Assembly: GCA_025356075.1 (NCBI GenBank)
Contig: JANXUT010000009.1
Location: forward strand, 1 to 24,000
Origin: Pseudomonadota bacterium
GTDB taxonomy: Bacteria; Pseudomonadota; Gammaproteobacteria; Steroidobacterales; Steroidobacteraceae
Reading direction: 5' to 3'
Length of the DNA stretch: 24,000 bases
In this document: positions 23,600 through 24,000 of the stretch, in pieces
Layout: every line of letters starts with the position of its first letter
Position numbering within the stretch: the first letter of the stretch is position 1
The notes under the pieces: model-generated
The model's database searches: none
Seen by the model: the letters and a program-made list of their open reading frames with translations, nothing else
What the model was told of the DNA's origin: nothing
Position numbers and translations under genes: made by a program

Positions 23600-23995
23600 C
23601 TACGTTTGCGCGTGCATCCGGTCGTTCCCTTTGAAGAACTTGCGCGCCAGAGCCAGCAACGCGCCATCGCTTGGATGATCGAGCGCCTCGACCGCTGCAA
23701 TCCGCTTCGCGAGGTCCGGCGAATTCTCGGCGATGTAGTTGTTGAGCTCCATCTTGGCCGTCGACGGGCCGGTAACCAGCAGCGTGCCGACGTCCGCAAG
23801 TGCCTTCGTGACCCGGTTGAAGAATTCCGAATCGACGCCCTTGTGGCCGCTGCCGGGGGTATTGGCCTTGTGGTGGAGGTGGTGACCGGACTCGTGCGAC
23901 TGGACGACGACCCGTGAGACGTCGGTCGTGCTGAACTGGAAGATCTTCGCTTCGCGGTGGTCGATCCAAAGGATCGCGTGGTAGTGCGGGGCCAT
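23600..23995 (-). CDS. small eRF1-like / host-attachment-like protein (family often annotated 'translational machinery protein')
   Basis: 131 aa. From memory, 'HYHAILWIDHREAKIFQF', a His-rich loop 'SHESGHHLHHKANTPGSGHKG', 'FFNRVTKAL...LLVTGPSTAKMEL' and 'VEALDHPSDGALLALARKFF' match this small bacterial family. The start codon lies 5 nt from the window edge, so the upstream context is unseen. Confidence 0.6.
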   Translation of the reverse strand: MAPHYHAILWIDHREAKIFQFSTTDVSRVVVQSHESGHHLHHKANTPGSGHKGVDSEFFNRVTKALADVGTLLVTGPSTAKMELNNYIAENSPDLAKRIAAVEALDHPSDGALLALARKFFKGNDRMHAQT

Positions 23996-24000
23996 GTTCT

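Noticed and set aside
1-24000. Scan for CRISPR arrays, IS/transposase or integrase genes, toxin-antitoxin pairs, restriction-modification or other known defence modules, and rRNA/tRNA genes.
   Set aside because: I saw no regularly spaced direct repeats, terminal inverted repeats with a transposase ORF, DDE/tyrosine-recombinase/nuclease/methylase/ATPase motifs, or structured RNA gene signatures. This was a by-eye scan only, without profile searches.

Overview
High-G+C (by eye about two-thirds G+C), densely coding bacterial chromosomal segment. I found no rRNA, tRNA, CRISPR array, transposase, integrase or recognisable defence system.

Gene order, left to right:
- a periplasmic PQQ-dependent dehydrogenase and an aldo/keto reductase on the same strand
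- a small cysteine-rich-repeat secreted protein
- an unassigned secreted protein whose coding signal runs through an in-frame TGA
- a compact bioB-bioF-bioD-bioA biotin operon (minus strand)
- a secreted TPR protein, a DUF1801/YdhG-like protein and a TraR/DksA C4 zinc-finger protein
- a secreted amidohydrolase
- an ArsR-type wHTH regulator heading a cluster of small membrane and secreted proteins plus a DUF4386 membrane protein
- a small secreted ferredoxin-like-fold protein and a 77-aa ORF with a strong Shine-Dalgarno (SD)
- a 1397-aa sensor histidine kinase
- a methionine-rich secreted protein and an OmpA C-terminal remnant
- three unassigned membrane proteins and a small eRF1-like protein at the right edge

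The most unusual item is the kinase. One ORF carries two complete tandem MASE1-PAS-HisKA_3-HATPase modules. The N-terminal copy has lost the phospho-acceptor His and the ATP-binding boxes, and no response regulator lies in the window. The second most unusual item is the TGA-interrupted gene at 3351-4505, which also lacks a canonical start codon.

Most of the window looks like ordinary chromosome. All family calls come from motif recognition by eye, not HMM or BLAST searches. Hand-read coordinates of short motifs, especially near homopolymer runs, may be off by a base or two.
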